In this document: positions 19,913 to 28,066 of the stretch, piece after piece
Layout of the letters: each line of letters opens with the position of its first letter
How positions within the stretch are numbered: the stretch's first letter is position 1
Source: Candidatus Nocardiopsis merdipullorum
GTDB taxonomy: Bacteria > Actinomycetota > Actinomycetes > Streptosporangiales > Streptosporangiaceae
Assembly: GCA_019115445.1 (NCBI GenBank)
Contig: DXDP01000365.1
Location: 1-34,202, forward strand
DNA length: 34,202 nucleotides
Reading direction: 5' to 3'
Notes under the pieces: model-generated
The model's input: the letters and a program-made list of their open reading frames with translations, nothing else
Told to the model about the DNA's origin: nothing
Databases searched by the model: none
Translations under genes and position numbers: made by a program

Positions 19913-22497
19913 GCGCGACAGAGAAGACCGAGACCGACGTGTCCCGTGTGCTCGGCGTGCCTCGGATGGGACTTGTCCTCCTGGTCGGGGTCTCCGGGGC
20001 CGGCAAGTCCACCTTCGCCGCCCAACACTTCCTGCCCACCCAGGTCATCGGCTCCGACGAGTGCCGGGGCATGGTCAGCGACGACCCCAACGACCAGAGC
20101 GCCTCCTCCGACGCCTTCGCCCTGATGCGCACCATCATCGACGTCCGTCTGCGGCGTGGTCTGCTCACCGTCGTGGACGCCACCAACGTCCAACGCAGGG
20201 CTCGAGAGGAACTTGTCCGTGTGGCCAAGGACAACAACGTCCTGACCACGGCGATCGTCCTCGATGTGCCCGCGGCCGTGGCCGTCGAACGCAACCGGCA
20301 ACGCACCGAACGCAACTTCGGCGACCACGTGATCCACAGGCAGCGACGAGACCTCAAGGGGAGCCTGAAACGTCTGCAACGTGAAGGCATCCGCAAGGTG
20401 CACGTCCTGCGGGGACAGGAGGAGATCGACCGTGCCGTCATCGAACTGGAACGCCCCTGGCCCGACAAGCGGGAGCTCCACGGGCCGTTCGACATCATCG
20501 GTGACGTGCACGGCTGCCGAAGCGAGCTGGAGACACTCCTCGACGACCTCGGGTACGCCCTCACCCGGGACGATCAGGGCCGCCCCGTCGACGCGCACCA
20601 CCCCGAGGGACGCACCGCCGTGTTCGTCGGCGACCTCGTCGACCGTGGCCCCGACAGCCCCGGTGTGCTTCGCCTGGTCATGGGCATGGTCGAGGCCGGA
20701 AACGCCCTGTGCGTGCCCGGCAACCACGAGAACAAACTCGTCCGAGCGCTCAAGGGCGCCACGGTCCGGGTCAGCCACGGCCTCGGCGAAACCCTGGAGC
20801 AGCTCGACCAGGAAACCGACACCTTCCGGGAGCAGGTCCTTGCCTTCTGTGACGGGCTGGTCAGTCACCTCGTGCTCGACGACGGCGAACTCGTCGTGGC
20901 CCACGCCGGGCTGAAGGAGGAGTACCACATGCGGGCCTCCGGGAGGGTGCGCTCCTTCGCCCTGTACGGAGACACCACGGGGGAGACCGACGAGTACGGG
21001 CTACCGATACGTCTGCCCTGGGCCCGTGACTACCGAGGCAGGGCCGCGGTGGTCTACGGACACACGCCCATCGACAAGGCCGAGTGGATCAACAACACTC
21101 TTTGCCTGGACACCGGCTGTGTCTTCGGGGGCCGTCTCACCGCACTGCGCTATCCCGAACGCGAGATCGTGGACGTCGCGGCCGAGCGCACCTGGTACGA
21201 GCCGGTACGCCCGACGGCCGACACCGCGCCGTCCGAGCTCGAACACCGTGCCCCGGCCGCCGTGAACATCACCGACGTCGGTATCGGCGGGCCCCGCCCC
21301 GGATTGTTCGTGGACACCCCCGACGGGGTCGTACGCACCGACCCGGGCAACACTTTGGCCGCCCTGGAGGTCATGAGCCGGTTCGCGGTCGACCCGCGTT
21401 GGCTCCTTCACCTGCCGGCGACCATGGCACCGGCACCGACCGCGGCCGACCCGTCCCTGTTGGAACACCCGGCCGAGGCGTTCACCTCCTACCTGGGTTC
21501 TGGTGTCGGCCAGGTCATGTGCCAGGAAAAGCACATGGGGTCCCGGGCCGTGGCGGTACTGTGTCGCGACGCGGCGGCGGCCGAACGCAGGTTCGTCCCG
21601 GGTGAGCTCGGCATGGTCTTCACCCGCACCGGCAGACCGTTCTTCTCCGACCCGGGGCTGCAGACAGAGCTGATCGACCAGCTCCGGCAGGCCGTCACCG
21701 ACGCCGGCCTGTGGGACCGGCTCGGTACCGACTGGGTCGCGTTGGACGGTGAGCTGATGCCCTGGTCGGCCAAGGCACGCACGCTGATCCGGGACCAGTA
21801 CGCCTCCGTCGGTGCGGCGGCCCGATCCGCCCTGCCCGCCGCGGGTCGGGCGTTGGCCTCGGCCGCAGCGCGCGGCATGGACGTGGACCGCCTCAAGTCG
21901 CTCGTGGCGCGGCGCACCGACCAGATGGAGGAGTTCAGCCACGTTTACCGGCGCTACTCCTGGGACACCGACGGCATCACCGGCCTGCGGTTCGCGCCGT
22001 TCACCGTCCTTGCTTCCGAAGGCCGGGAGTACACCGAGGCCGACCACGTGTGGCACATGGCGATCGCCGAACGTCTCACCGAGGCCTCGGAACTGATCCA
22101 CCCCACCCGCCACCTGGTCGTGGACACCACGGACCCGGCCGCGTGCGAGGCCGCGACGGACTGGTGGACCGACCTGGTGTCCGAGGGTGGTGAAGGAATG
22201 GTCGTCAAACCGCTGTTGGGTGCTCGCGCACGTGGCCGTAAGAGTCTGGCCCTACCGGGGTTGAAGGTACGCGGTCCGGAGTACCTGAGGATCATCTACG
22301 GGGCCGATTACCCCGAACGCCTCGAGGCGCTCAAGGAACGCAACCTCGGCCGTAAGAGGGGACTCGCCATGCGTGAACACAAGCTCGGTCTGGAGTCCCT
22401 GGCCCGGCACGCCCGCAAGGAACCGCTCTGGCGGGTCCACGAACCGGTGTTCGCGCTCCTGGCCCTGGAGACCGAACCGGTCGACCCCCGGTTGTGA
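19909..22497 (+). CDS. pnkp: Polynucleotide kinase-phosphatase-ligase Pnkp
   Basis: Kinase GVSGAGKST and DECR; metallophosphoesterase GDVHG, GDLVDRG, GNHE, GHTP, DTG; ligase QEKHMGSR, DGELMPW, EGMVVKP, LKVRG; C-terminal DPRL. Confidence 0.97.
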   Translation: MSATEKTETDVSRVLGVPRMGLVLLVGVSGAGKSTFAAQHFLPTQVIGSDECRGMVSDDPNDQSASSDAFALMRTIIDVRLRRGLLTVVDATNVQRRAREELVRVAKDNNVLTTAIVLDVPAAVAVERNRQRTERNFGDHVIHRQRRDLKGSLKRLQREGIRKVHVLRGQEEIDRAVIELERPWPDKRELHGPFDIIGDVHGCRSELETLLDDLGYALTRDDQGRPVDAHHPEGRTAVFVGDLVDRGPDSPGVLRLVMGMVEAGNALCVPGNHENKLVRALKGATVRVSHGLGETLEQLDQETDTFREQVLAFCDGLVSHLVLDDGELVVAHAGLKEEYHMRASGRVRSFALYGDTTGETDEYGLPIRLPWARDYRGRAAVVYGHTPIDKAEWINNTLCLDTGCVFGGRLTALRYPEREIVDVAAERTWYEPVRPTADTAPSELEHRAPAAVNITDVGIGGPRPGLFVDTPDGVVRTDPGNTLAALEVMSRFAVDPRWLLHLPATMAPAPTAADPSLLEHPAEAFTSYLGSGVGQVMCQEKHMGSRAVAVLCRDAAAAERRFVPGELGMVFTRTGRPFFSDPGLQTELIDQLRQAVTDAGLWDRLGTDWVALDGELMPWSAKARTLIRDQYASVGAAARSALPAAGRALASAAARGMDVDRLKSLVARRTDQMEEFSHVYRRYSWDTDGITGLRFAPFTVLASEGREYTEADHVWHMAIAERLTEASELIHPTRHLVVDTTDPAACEAATDWWTDLVSEGGEGMVVKPLLGARARGRKSLALPGLKVRGPEYLRIIYGADYPERLEALKERNLGRKRGLAMREHKLGLESLARHARKEPLWRVHEPVFALLALETEPVDPRL

Positions 22498-22498
22498 A

Positions 22499-22530
22499 CC
22501 GGTGCCCCGGACCATCGTCCGGGGCACCGG
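22499..22530. terminator. Bidirectional terminator hairpin
   Basis: CCGGTGCCCCGGAC-CATC-GTCCGGGGCACCGG, 14-bp perfect stem between convergent stops. Confidence 0.85.
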
Positions 22531-22538
22531 CCGACCCT

Positions 22539-23285
22539 TCAGTGTGCCTCCCGTCGGGTCAACAGAGCCGCCGACAATGCCCAGAGCACCCCGGTCAGAG
22601 CCACCGCCGCGAACACGATCCCCACCACCACGGACACGTCGAGACCGGCGGAATCGGACACCGCGGAGTTCCCCAGGAACAGCGCCGAAGTGACCAGGGA
22701 CTGCGGCACCAGGTAGGACAGCATCCCGCCACCACCTCCGAGGAGGACCCCCACCCCGATCGCGCACCCCAACAGGCCGAGGGCGACCGGTGCGACGAAG
22801 GACCGGGTCAGCATCGACAGCAGTGACTGCAGGGCCACCACCGGCATGGCGGCCACCACCGCCAGCAGGGACACGGCCACCTGCTCCCACGGAAGAGGGC
22901 CGTCCAGACCCAGGAAGAACGTCCCGAGCAGAAATACCAGGACGAGCAGGACCGCCTGCATGACGGCGACCATCGCGATGAGCGCCACGATCTTGACCCC
23001 CGTGATCGTCGACGGGTGTGCAGGGGTGGTCAACAGCAGGTTCCAGTTGTGGCCCCGGTGCTCCATGCGCCAGGCGGCAGAAGCCAGAACCGCCACGCCC
23101 ATCGACATGAACAACATCCCGTAGAACAGCACGACCTGCGACCAGAAGGGCACCCACCCAGAGGACAACATGCCCTGGTTGTTGCCGTAGTTCACGGTCC
23201 CCGTGACGACCGCGAGCACCGGCAGTACGGCTGCGATGATCCACAGGGAGGAGCGGCGTAGTTTGGTGAGCTCGGCGACGATCAT
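22539..23285 (-). CDS. ABC-2 permease, LanE/LanG-like
   Basis: MIVAELTKLRRS start, EHRGHNWNLLLTTP motif, about 6 TM segments. ATGA overlap with the upstream permease. Confidence 0.9.
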   Translation of the reverse strand: MIVAELTKLRRSSLWIIAAVLPVLAVVTGTVNYGNNQGMLSSGWVPFWSQVVLFYGMLFMSMGVAVLASAAWRMEHRGHNWNLLLTTPAHPSTITGVKIVALIAMVAVMQAVLLVLVFLLGTFFLGLDGPLPWEQVAVSLLAVVAAMPVVALQSLLSMLTRSFVAPVALGLLGCAIGVGVLLGGGGGMLSYLVPQSLVTSALFLGNSAVSDSAGLDVSVVVGIVFAAVALTGVLWALSAALLTRREAH

Positions 23286-24046
23286 GCCGGTCCTCCCTCG
23301 GCCCGGTCGAAGCGGCGACATGCCAGGACGAACAGCACCACCACCACGGTCAGGAACAGGACCAACAGCGAATATACGGGGGTTGCCTCGACCAGCCGAC
23401 CACCGTCACCGGTGGCCACCGGTGAAATGGCCGCGTAGTACCCCCACGGCAGCACGTAGGCCACGGCCGGCGGCGTCAGCAGGGAGAACACCGCGTAGAA
23501 CGCGCCGAGCAGGCCCACGCCCACCCCGACGAGCTGGTTGTCGATCCGGGCCGACAGCCACAGGTGCACACACAACAGTGCCAGGTCCGCCAGGGCGAGG
23601 GCGAGTGCGTACCGCACCCACAGGCCGAGCGGGAACGCGACCTCGATCCCGGCCAACAACCCCGCACCGACGAGCAACACGGTCTGCACGAGGACCACCA
23701 GGACCAGGAGCGTCCCGAGGACGGTGGCCTTGGCCCGACACACCCGCCCCGGTCCCAGACCCGCCACCCGGGCCAGGGTCCACCCCTGCCCTTGGTGCTC
23801 GATGTCGACCTGTCGTCCGGCGAGCACCGCGACCAGAACGGGGGAGGTCATCGCCGCGGCCATCACGTAGTTCAGAAGGAGCTGTTCCCAGGGTTGGGCC
23901 GCGGGATCGGCGAACCCGGCCCGCGCGGACTCCGACCCCAAGTGGGTGGCGGTCAGCGCGACGATCGCGGCGACCATGACCACGCACATCGGCACCACCC
24001 GCAGCCTGCGCATCTTGCTCAGTTCGAGACGTTCGGCCGTGCGCAT
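23282..24046 (-). CDS. ABC-2 permease, LanE/LanG-like
   Basis: LELSKMRR start, VDIEHQGQGW, LPWGYY, about 6 TM segments. Start overlaps the ATPase stop (GTG 24049 is an alternative). Confidence 0.9.
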   Translation of the reverse strand: MRTAERLELSKMRRLRVVPMCVVMVAAIVALTATHLGSESARAGFADPAAQPWEQLLLNYVMAAAMTSPVLVAVLAGRQVDIEHQGQGWTLARVAGLGPGRVCRAKATVLGTLLVLVVLVQTVLLVGAGLLAGIEVAFPLGLWVRYALALALADLALLCVHLWLSARIDNQLVGVGVGLLGAFYAVFSLLTPPAVAYVLPWGYYAAISPVATGDGGRLVEATPVYSLLVLFLTVVVVLFVLACRRFDRAEGGPA

Positions 24047-24945
24047 CACACCAGCCCCCGTCGTCCGGTCAGGTCCATGAAGACCTCTTCCAAAGACCGA
24101 CGAACCCGCCACACCCCGTGGATCGGCACGTCGTGGTGGGCCAGATGCCGCACCAGTGCGGCGGTGTCGTCCTCGCCAAGGCCGGACAGGCGTAGCCCCT
24201 CCGGAGCCCGAACGGCGGGAACGTCCAGGGCGAGGGCGCGTTCGGGTGCGGGGGTCTCCACGACCAGGTCCGGGACGCTGCGGTCGAACAATTCCGTACG
24301 CGTTCCCTGGAAGATGAGCTTTCCCTGGGCGAGGATGCCCAGGACCGAAGCGGTCCGGTCGATCTCCTCGATCAGGTGACTGGAGACCATGACGGTGATG
24401 CCCTTCCCGGCCAGGGTCACCAACAGTTCACGGATCTCCTCGATCCCGGCCGGGTCCAGGCCGTTGGTGGGTTCGTCCAGGACGAGCAGTCGCGGTTCCC
24501 GGGCCAGGGCCATGGCGATACCGAGGCGCTGTTTCATCCCCAGGGAGTAGGCCCGGACCGGTTTGTCCATGTGTTCTCGCAGACGCACCGTCGTGATCGC
24601 CCGCTCCACCTGCCGATCGGTGAGGTCGAGCATGCGCCGCACGATCGCCATGTTCTCCCGGCCGGTCAGGTGTCCGTACCCGGGTGGGGCCTCGATCAGG
24701 GAACCGATGTGCGGGGCCAGGTCGTGGCGCGTGTGCCGGTTCACCGGGCGTCCCAAGACGTTGATCTTTCCTCTGGTGGGTCGCACCAGTGACAGCAACA
24801 TCTTCATCGTGGTGGACTTGCCCGACCCGTTCGGACCCAGGAAACCGTAGATGCTGCCTTCGGGGACCCGTAGGTCCAGCTCGTCCACGACGGTGCGTGC
24901 ACCGTAGGTCTTGGTCAACCCCTCGGTGGCGATGATGTGACTCAA
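24046..24945 (-). CDS. ABC ATP-binding protein, LanF/BcrA-like
   Basis: Walker A GPNGSGKST, E-loop LIEAP, signature YSLGMKQR, Walker B LVLDEPTNGLDP, SSH. TTG 24945 after AAGGAGG. Confidence 0.95.
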   Translation of the reverse strand: MSHIIATEGLTKTYGARTVVDELDLRVPEGSIYGFLGPNGSGKSTTMKMLLSLVRPTRGKINVLGRPVNRHTRHDLAPHIGSLIEAPPGYGHLTGRENMAIVRRMLDLTDRQVERAITTVRLREHMDKPVRAYSLGMKQRLGIAMALAREPRLLVLDEPTNGLDPAGIEEIRELLVTLAGKGITVMVSSHLIEEIDRTASVLGILAQGKLIFQGTRTELFDRSVPDLVVETPAPERALALDVPAVRAPEGLRLSGLGEDDTAALVRHLAHHDVPIHGVWRVRRSLEEVFMDLTGRRGLV

Positions 24946-25019
24946 AGGAGCCTCCTTCCGACGAGAAGGCTCCCGCGCAGGACCCGAGGCGGACATCGAA
25001 CCGCGGTACCAAGTCTTCC

Positions 25020-25037
25020 CTCGTACCGGGGGCGGAG
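25020..25037. promoter_or_regulatory. Candidate response-regulator site upstream of the ABC operon (CTCGTAC-CGGG-GGCGGAG)
   Basis: 15/18 identical to the reverse complement of 26999-27016. Confidence 0.55.
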
Positions 25038-25038
25038 C

Positions 25039-25734
25039 TCATGCCTCCCGGAGCAGGTCCTCCTGGTCGACCAGACCCGTGCGAAAGGCAAACAACACCG
25101 CCTGGACACGGTCCCGCGACCCGGTCTTGGCCAGTACGTGGCCGACGTGCGTCTTGACCGTCGGCATGGACAGCACCAACAGTTCGCAGATCTCCGTGTT
25201 CGTGTACCCGCGAGCCATGGCGGTGAGGATCTCGCGTTCGCGCGGTGTCAGGGACTCCAGGGCCCGCAGGGTCCCACGGGCCGGCGGAGCCGAAGGCCCC
25301 GAACGCCCACCCAGCAACGGACGCACGTGCCGCAACAGTCGACGGGTGGACTTCGCCGAGATCACCGAATCCCCCCGGTGCACGGTACGAAGTGCGGCAA
25401 GGAGTTCCTCCGGAGGTGTGTTCTTGAGGAGGAAACCGGCGGCCCCGGCCTCGATCCCCTCGATCACGTACTCGTCGGTGTCGAAGGTGGTGAGCACGAC
25501 GACACGGCACCGCTCTCCCGCCGAGACCAAAGTGCGCGTGGCGATCAACCCGTCCGTGCCCGGCATCTGGACGTCCATGAGCAGCAGGTCCACCGGATCG
25601 GTGCGTTGCCGCGTCACGGCCTCGGCCCCGTCGGTGGCCTCCCAGGCCACGGCCATGTCGGGCTGGGAGTCGATCACCATCGCCATGCCGGCGGTGAAGA
25701 GCTGTTGGTCGTCGGCCAGTCCCACTCGGATCAT
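25039..25734 (-). CDS. NarL/LuxR-family response regulator
   Basis: Motifs LADDQ, LMDVQMPGTDG, LTTFD, GFLLK, LTPREREIL, TVKTHV, RDRVQAV. ATGA overlap with the kinase. Confidence 0.96.
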   Translation of the reverse strand: MIRVGLADDQQLFTAGMAMVIDSQPDMAVAWEATDGAEAVTRQRTDPVDLLLMDVQMPGTDGLIATRTLVSAGERCRVVVLTTFDTDEYVIEGIEAGAAGFLLKNTPPEELLAALRTVHRGDSVISAKSTRRLLRHVRPLLGGRSGPSAPPARGTLRALESLTPREREILTAMARGYTNTEICELLVLSMPTVKTHVGHVLAKTGSRDRVQAVLFAFRTGLVDQEDLLREA

Positions 25735-26963
25735 GCTTCCTCCCAGGGAACGACGGCACGGACCCGCCACGTCGCGGTGGTCTTGTCCCTTCCGGACTCC
25801 AGGGTGCCACCGTGCAGGGTGACCCGCTCCCGCATCCCGGTCAGACCGTGCCCGGTGTCCCTTTCGTCGATCTCGGTGAGAAGGGCGTCGAGGGGATTGA
25901 TCACGGTGAGGACGATCCGCCCCGGTGAGCGGACCAGATCGACCCGTACGGTGGTCGGACCGGCGTGCTTCAGGGTGTTGGCCAGGGATTCCTGGACGAG
26001 TCGATAAATCGTCAGGGAGACACTGGTGGGGGGAGGCTCTTCCGCTTCACCCCGCTCGGGAGGATCTTCCTCCAGGACCATGCGGACCCGGAGCCCCGCC
26101 TCGCGGTACTCCTCGACGAGTGTGGGAAGGTCGTCGATCCCGAGGGCGGGGGAGGTTTCGCGCTGCTCGTCGTCGCGCAGTATCCCCAGGAGTTGATGCA
26201 GTTCTCGGGAGGACTCGCGCCCTACGCGTCCGATCGTCTCCAACGCGGCCACGGCCCGTTTCGGGTCGGTCCGTGCCACGTATCGGCCACCGTCGGCCTG
26301 GGCGACGATGACGTTCAGCGAATGCGCGAGGACGTCGTGCATCTCCCTGGCGATGTGTGTGCGCTCGTCGAGGGCGGCCAACCGCAGCTCCTGCGCACGC
26401 CGCTCCTCCAACAGCCGGGTGTGCTCCATCAGGCGGCCGACCTCCTCACGGTTGTGGCGACGGACCGTGCCCAGCGCCGCGAACAGCAGGACGAACGTCC
26501 ACCCCGACAACACGGAAGTGACCCGGACACCGAGATCCTCCGAGGAGGAGACCGCCCCGGGGACCCACAGCACGGCCCAGGCCGTGCAGAGGAGGACGAA
26601 GGTCAAGATCGCGTGCCGCCACCACGGGGAGAGCTCCGCCTGTGAGGTGTAGGTGGCGATGGACACACAGATCACTGCCAAGGGCGTGAACCAGCCCAAC
26701 CACAGAACCTGCCCCAGCAGCAACACCGCCAGCACCGCCAGGGAAGTCAGCGGAAGGACCCGGCGCACACCCAGCGCGGCACAACACGCCACGGCCAGGC
26801 AGGTGTGGAAAAGAGTGTCGATGACCGAGGAGGTGCTGAACGGCCAGGTCAGGACCGACGGGACGAACCAGAGCACCGCCCAGACCATGTCCATGGCGAG
26901 CGCGTGCTCACGGCTCCAGGACCTCACACGGGCCAGTACCGAACGCGGTGACAGGACGGGCAT
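25731..26963 (-). CDS. Membrane sensor histidine kinase (HisKA_3)
   Basis: About 5 N-terminal TM segments. Motifs ERTHIAREMHDVLAHSL, YRLVQESLANTLKHA, GHGLTGMRERV. -10-like TAGCGT 8 nt upstream. Confidence 0.95.
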   Translation of the reverse strand: MPVLSPRSVLARVRSWSREHALAMDMVWAVLWFVPSVLTWPFSTSSVIDTLFHTCLAVACCAALGVRRVLPLTSLAVLAVLLLGQVLWLGWFTPLAVICVSIATYTSQAELSPWWRHAILTFVLLCTAWAVLWVPGAVSSSEDLGVRVTSVLSGWTFVLLFAALGTVRRHNREEVGRLMEHTRLLEERRAQELRLAALDERTHIAREMHDVLAHSLNVIVAQADGGRYVARTDPKRAVAALETIGRVGRESSRELHQLLGILRDDEQRETSPALGIDDLPTLVEEYREAGLRVRMVLEEDPPERGEAEEPPPTSVSLTIYRLVQESLANTLKHAGPTTVRVDLVRSPGRIVLTVINPLDALLTEIDERDTGHGLTGMRERVTLHGGTLESGRDKTTATWRVRAVVPWEEA

Positions 26964-26998
26964 GGCTCCACACGCTACAGAGCACGGCAGCGGAAAAC

Positions 26999-27016
26999 CT
27001 CATGCCCCGGTACGAG
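26999..27016. promoter_or_regulatory. Candidate autoregulatory response-regulator site (CTCATGC-CCCG-GTACGAG)
   Basis: Pseudo-palindrome 35 nt upstream of the kinase start; matches 25020-25037. Confidence 0.55.
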
Positions 27017-27209
27017 ATCGGTGGGGTTGTGGTTCGTCCGAGAGGACGTTTCGAAGAAATCTCTTTCGATGCCGGAACGTGGCCCGGTTCGAATGGTCAG
27101 GTGAAGTGATTCCACGACGTGCTCCCGTGCGGTACCCCTCTGCATGGCGGATATGGCAAGGAAGGGCTACCGGAAGTATGGGGTGATTTCCGAAAAGGTG
27201 TGATGCTTT

Positions 27210-27257
27210 CGGGGTAGTGCCCGCCCCACCCCGAAAAGGGGGTTCCGGGGTAGTGCC
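27210..27257 (+). promoter_or_regulatory. Direct repeat CGGGGTAGTGCC x2 upstream of the LolD/FtsX exporter
   Basis: Exact 12-mers at 27210-27221 and 27246-27257. The first is part of the inverted repeat GGGGTAG...CCACCCC. CCGAAAAGG is also repeated (27190, 27231). Confidence 0.55.
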
Positions 27258-27337
27258 ACGCATGCAGACGAAAATTACTGTTCCTGTGTGTCCTCACTTC
27301 GGCAAGCGAAAAATATTGAGGAGCGTGGAATTCTTCC

Positions 27338-28066
27338 ATGGGTGCGGTTGGGTTTTCGGGAGTGAGCAGAATCTATGGGGAAGGGGATGTGACGGTCGCC
27401 GCGCTCCGCGATGTGACCTGGACCTTTGAGCAAAGAACATTCACCGCCGTCATGGGGCCCTCCGGGTCGGGGAAAAGCACACTGCTGAAATGCGCGGCGG
27501 GGCTCGTACGGCCGACTGCGGGAACCGTACGGCTCGGGGACACGAGTCTGGAAGAACTCCCGGAAAGCAAACTGGCCGTCGTTCGTCGGGAACGCGTCGG
27601 CTTCGTCTTCCAGGAGTTCAACCTGATACCCGCCTTGACCGCCCGGGAGAACATCACCCTGCCCCTTCGCCTGGCCGGGCGCACCGGTGACGAGATGTGG
27701 TTGGAGCAGATCACCCGCCGTACGGGGATCCAGGACCGCCTCTTCCACAGGCCCGACGAACTCTCCGGAGGCCAACAACAACGTGTCGCCCTGTGTCGGG
27801 CCCTGATCAACCGACCGGACCTCGTCTGCGGGGACGAACCGACCGGAGCCCTGGACAGCGAGTCGAGCCGTCAGGTCATGACCTTGCTGAGAGAAGCGGT
27901 GGACGAGTTCGGGCAGACACTCGTCCTGGTGACGCACGACCCGTTGGCTGCGAGTTATGCGGACCAGGTGCTGTTTTTGGTGGACGGGACCATCGCCGAC
28001 ACCATGGACTGGCCGACGTCCCGGAAAGTGGCCGAGCACATGACCGTCCTGGTGGGGCAGGCATGA
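27338..28066 (+). CDS. ABC ATP-binding protein, LolD/MacB-like
   Basis: Motifs [49 protein letters not shown]. Confidence 0.95.
   Translation: MGAVGFSGVSRIYGEGDVTVAALRDVTWTFEQRTFTAVMGPSGSGKSTLLKCAAGLVRPTAGTVRLGDTSLEELPESKLAVVRRERVGFVFQEFNLIPALTARENITLPLRLAGRTGDEMWLEQITRRTGIQDRLFHRPDELSGGQQQRVALCRALINRPDLVCGDEPTGALDSESSRQVMTLLREAVDEFGQTLVLVTHDPLAASYADQVLFLVDGTIADTMDWPTSRKVAEHMTVLVGQA

Noticed and set aside
26964-27337. Small ORFs (27000-27263, 27097-27339, 27217-27429) as a RiPP precursor next to the transporters
   Set aside because: No leader/core organisation, no modifying enzymes nearby, and the ORFs overlap promoter-like repeats.
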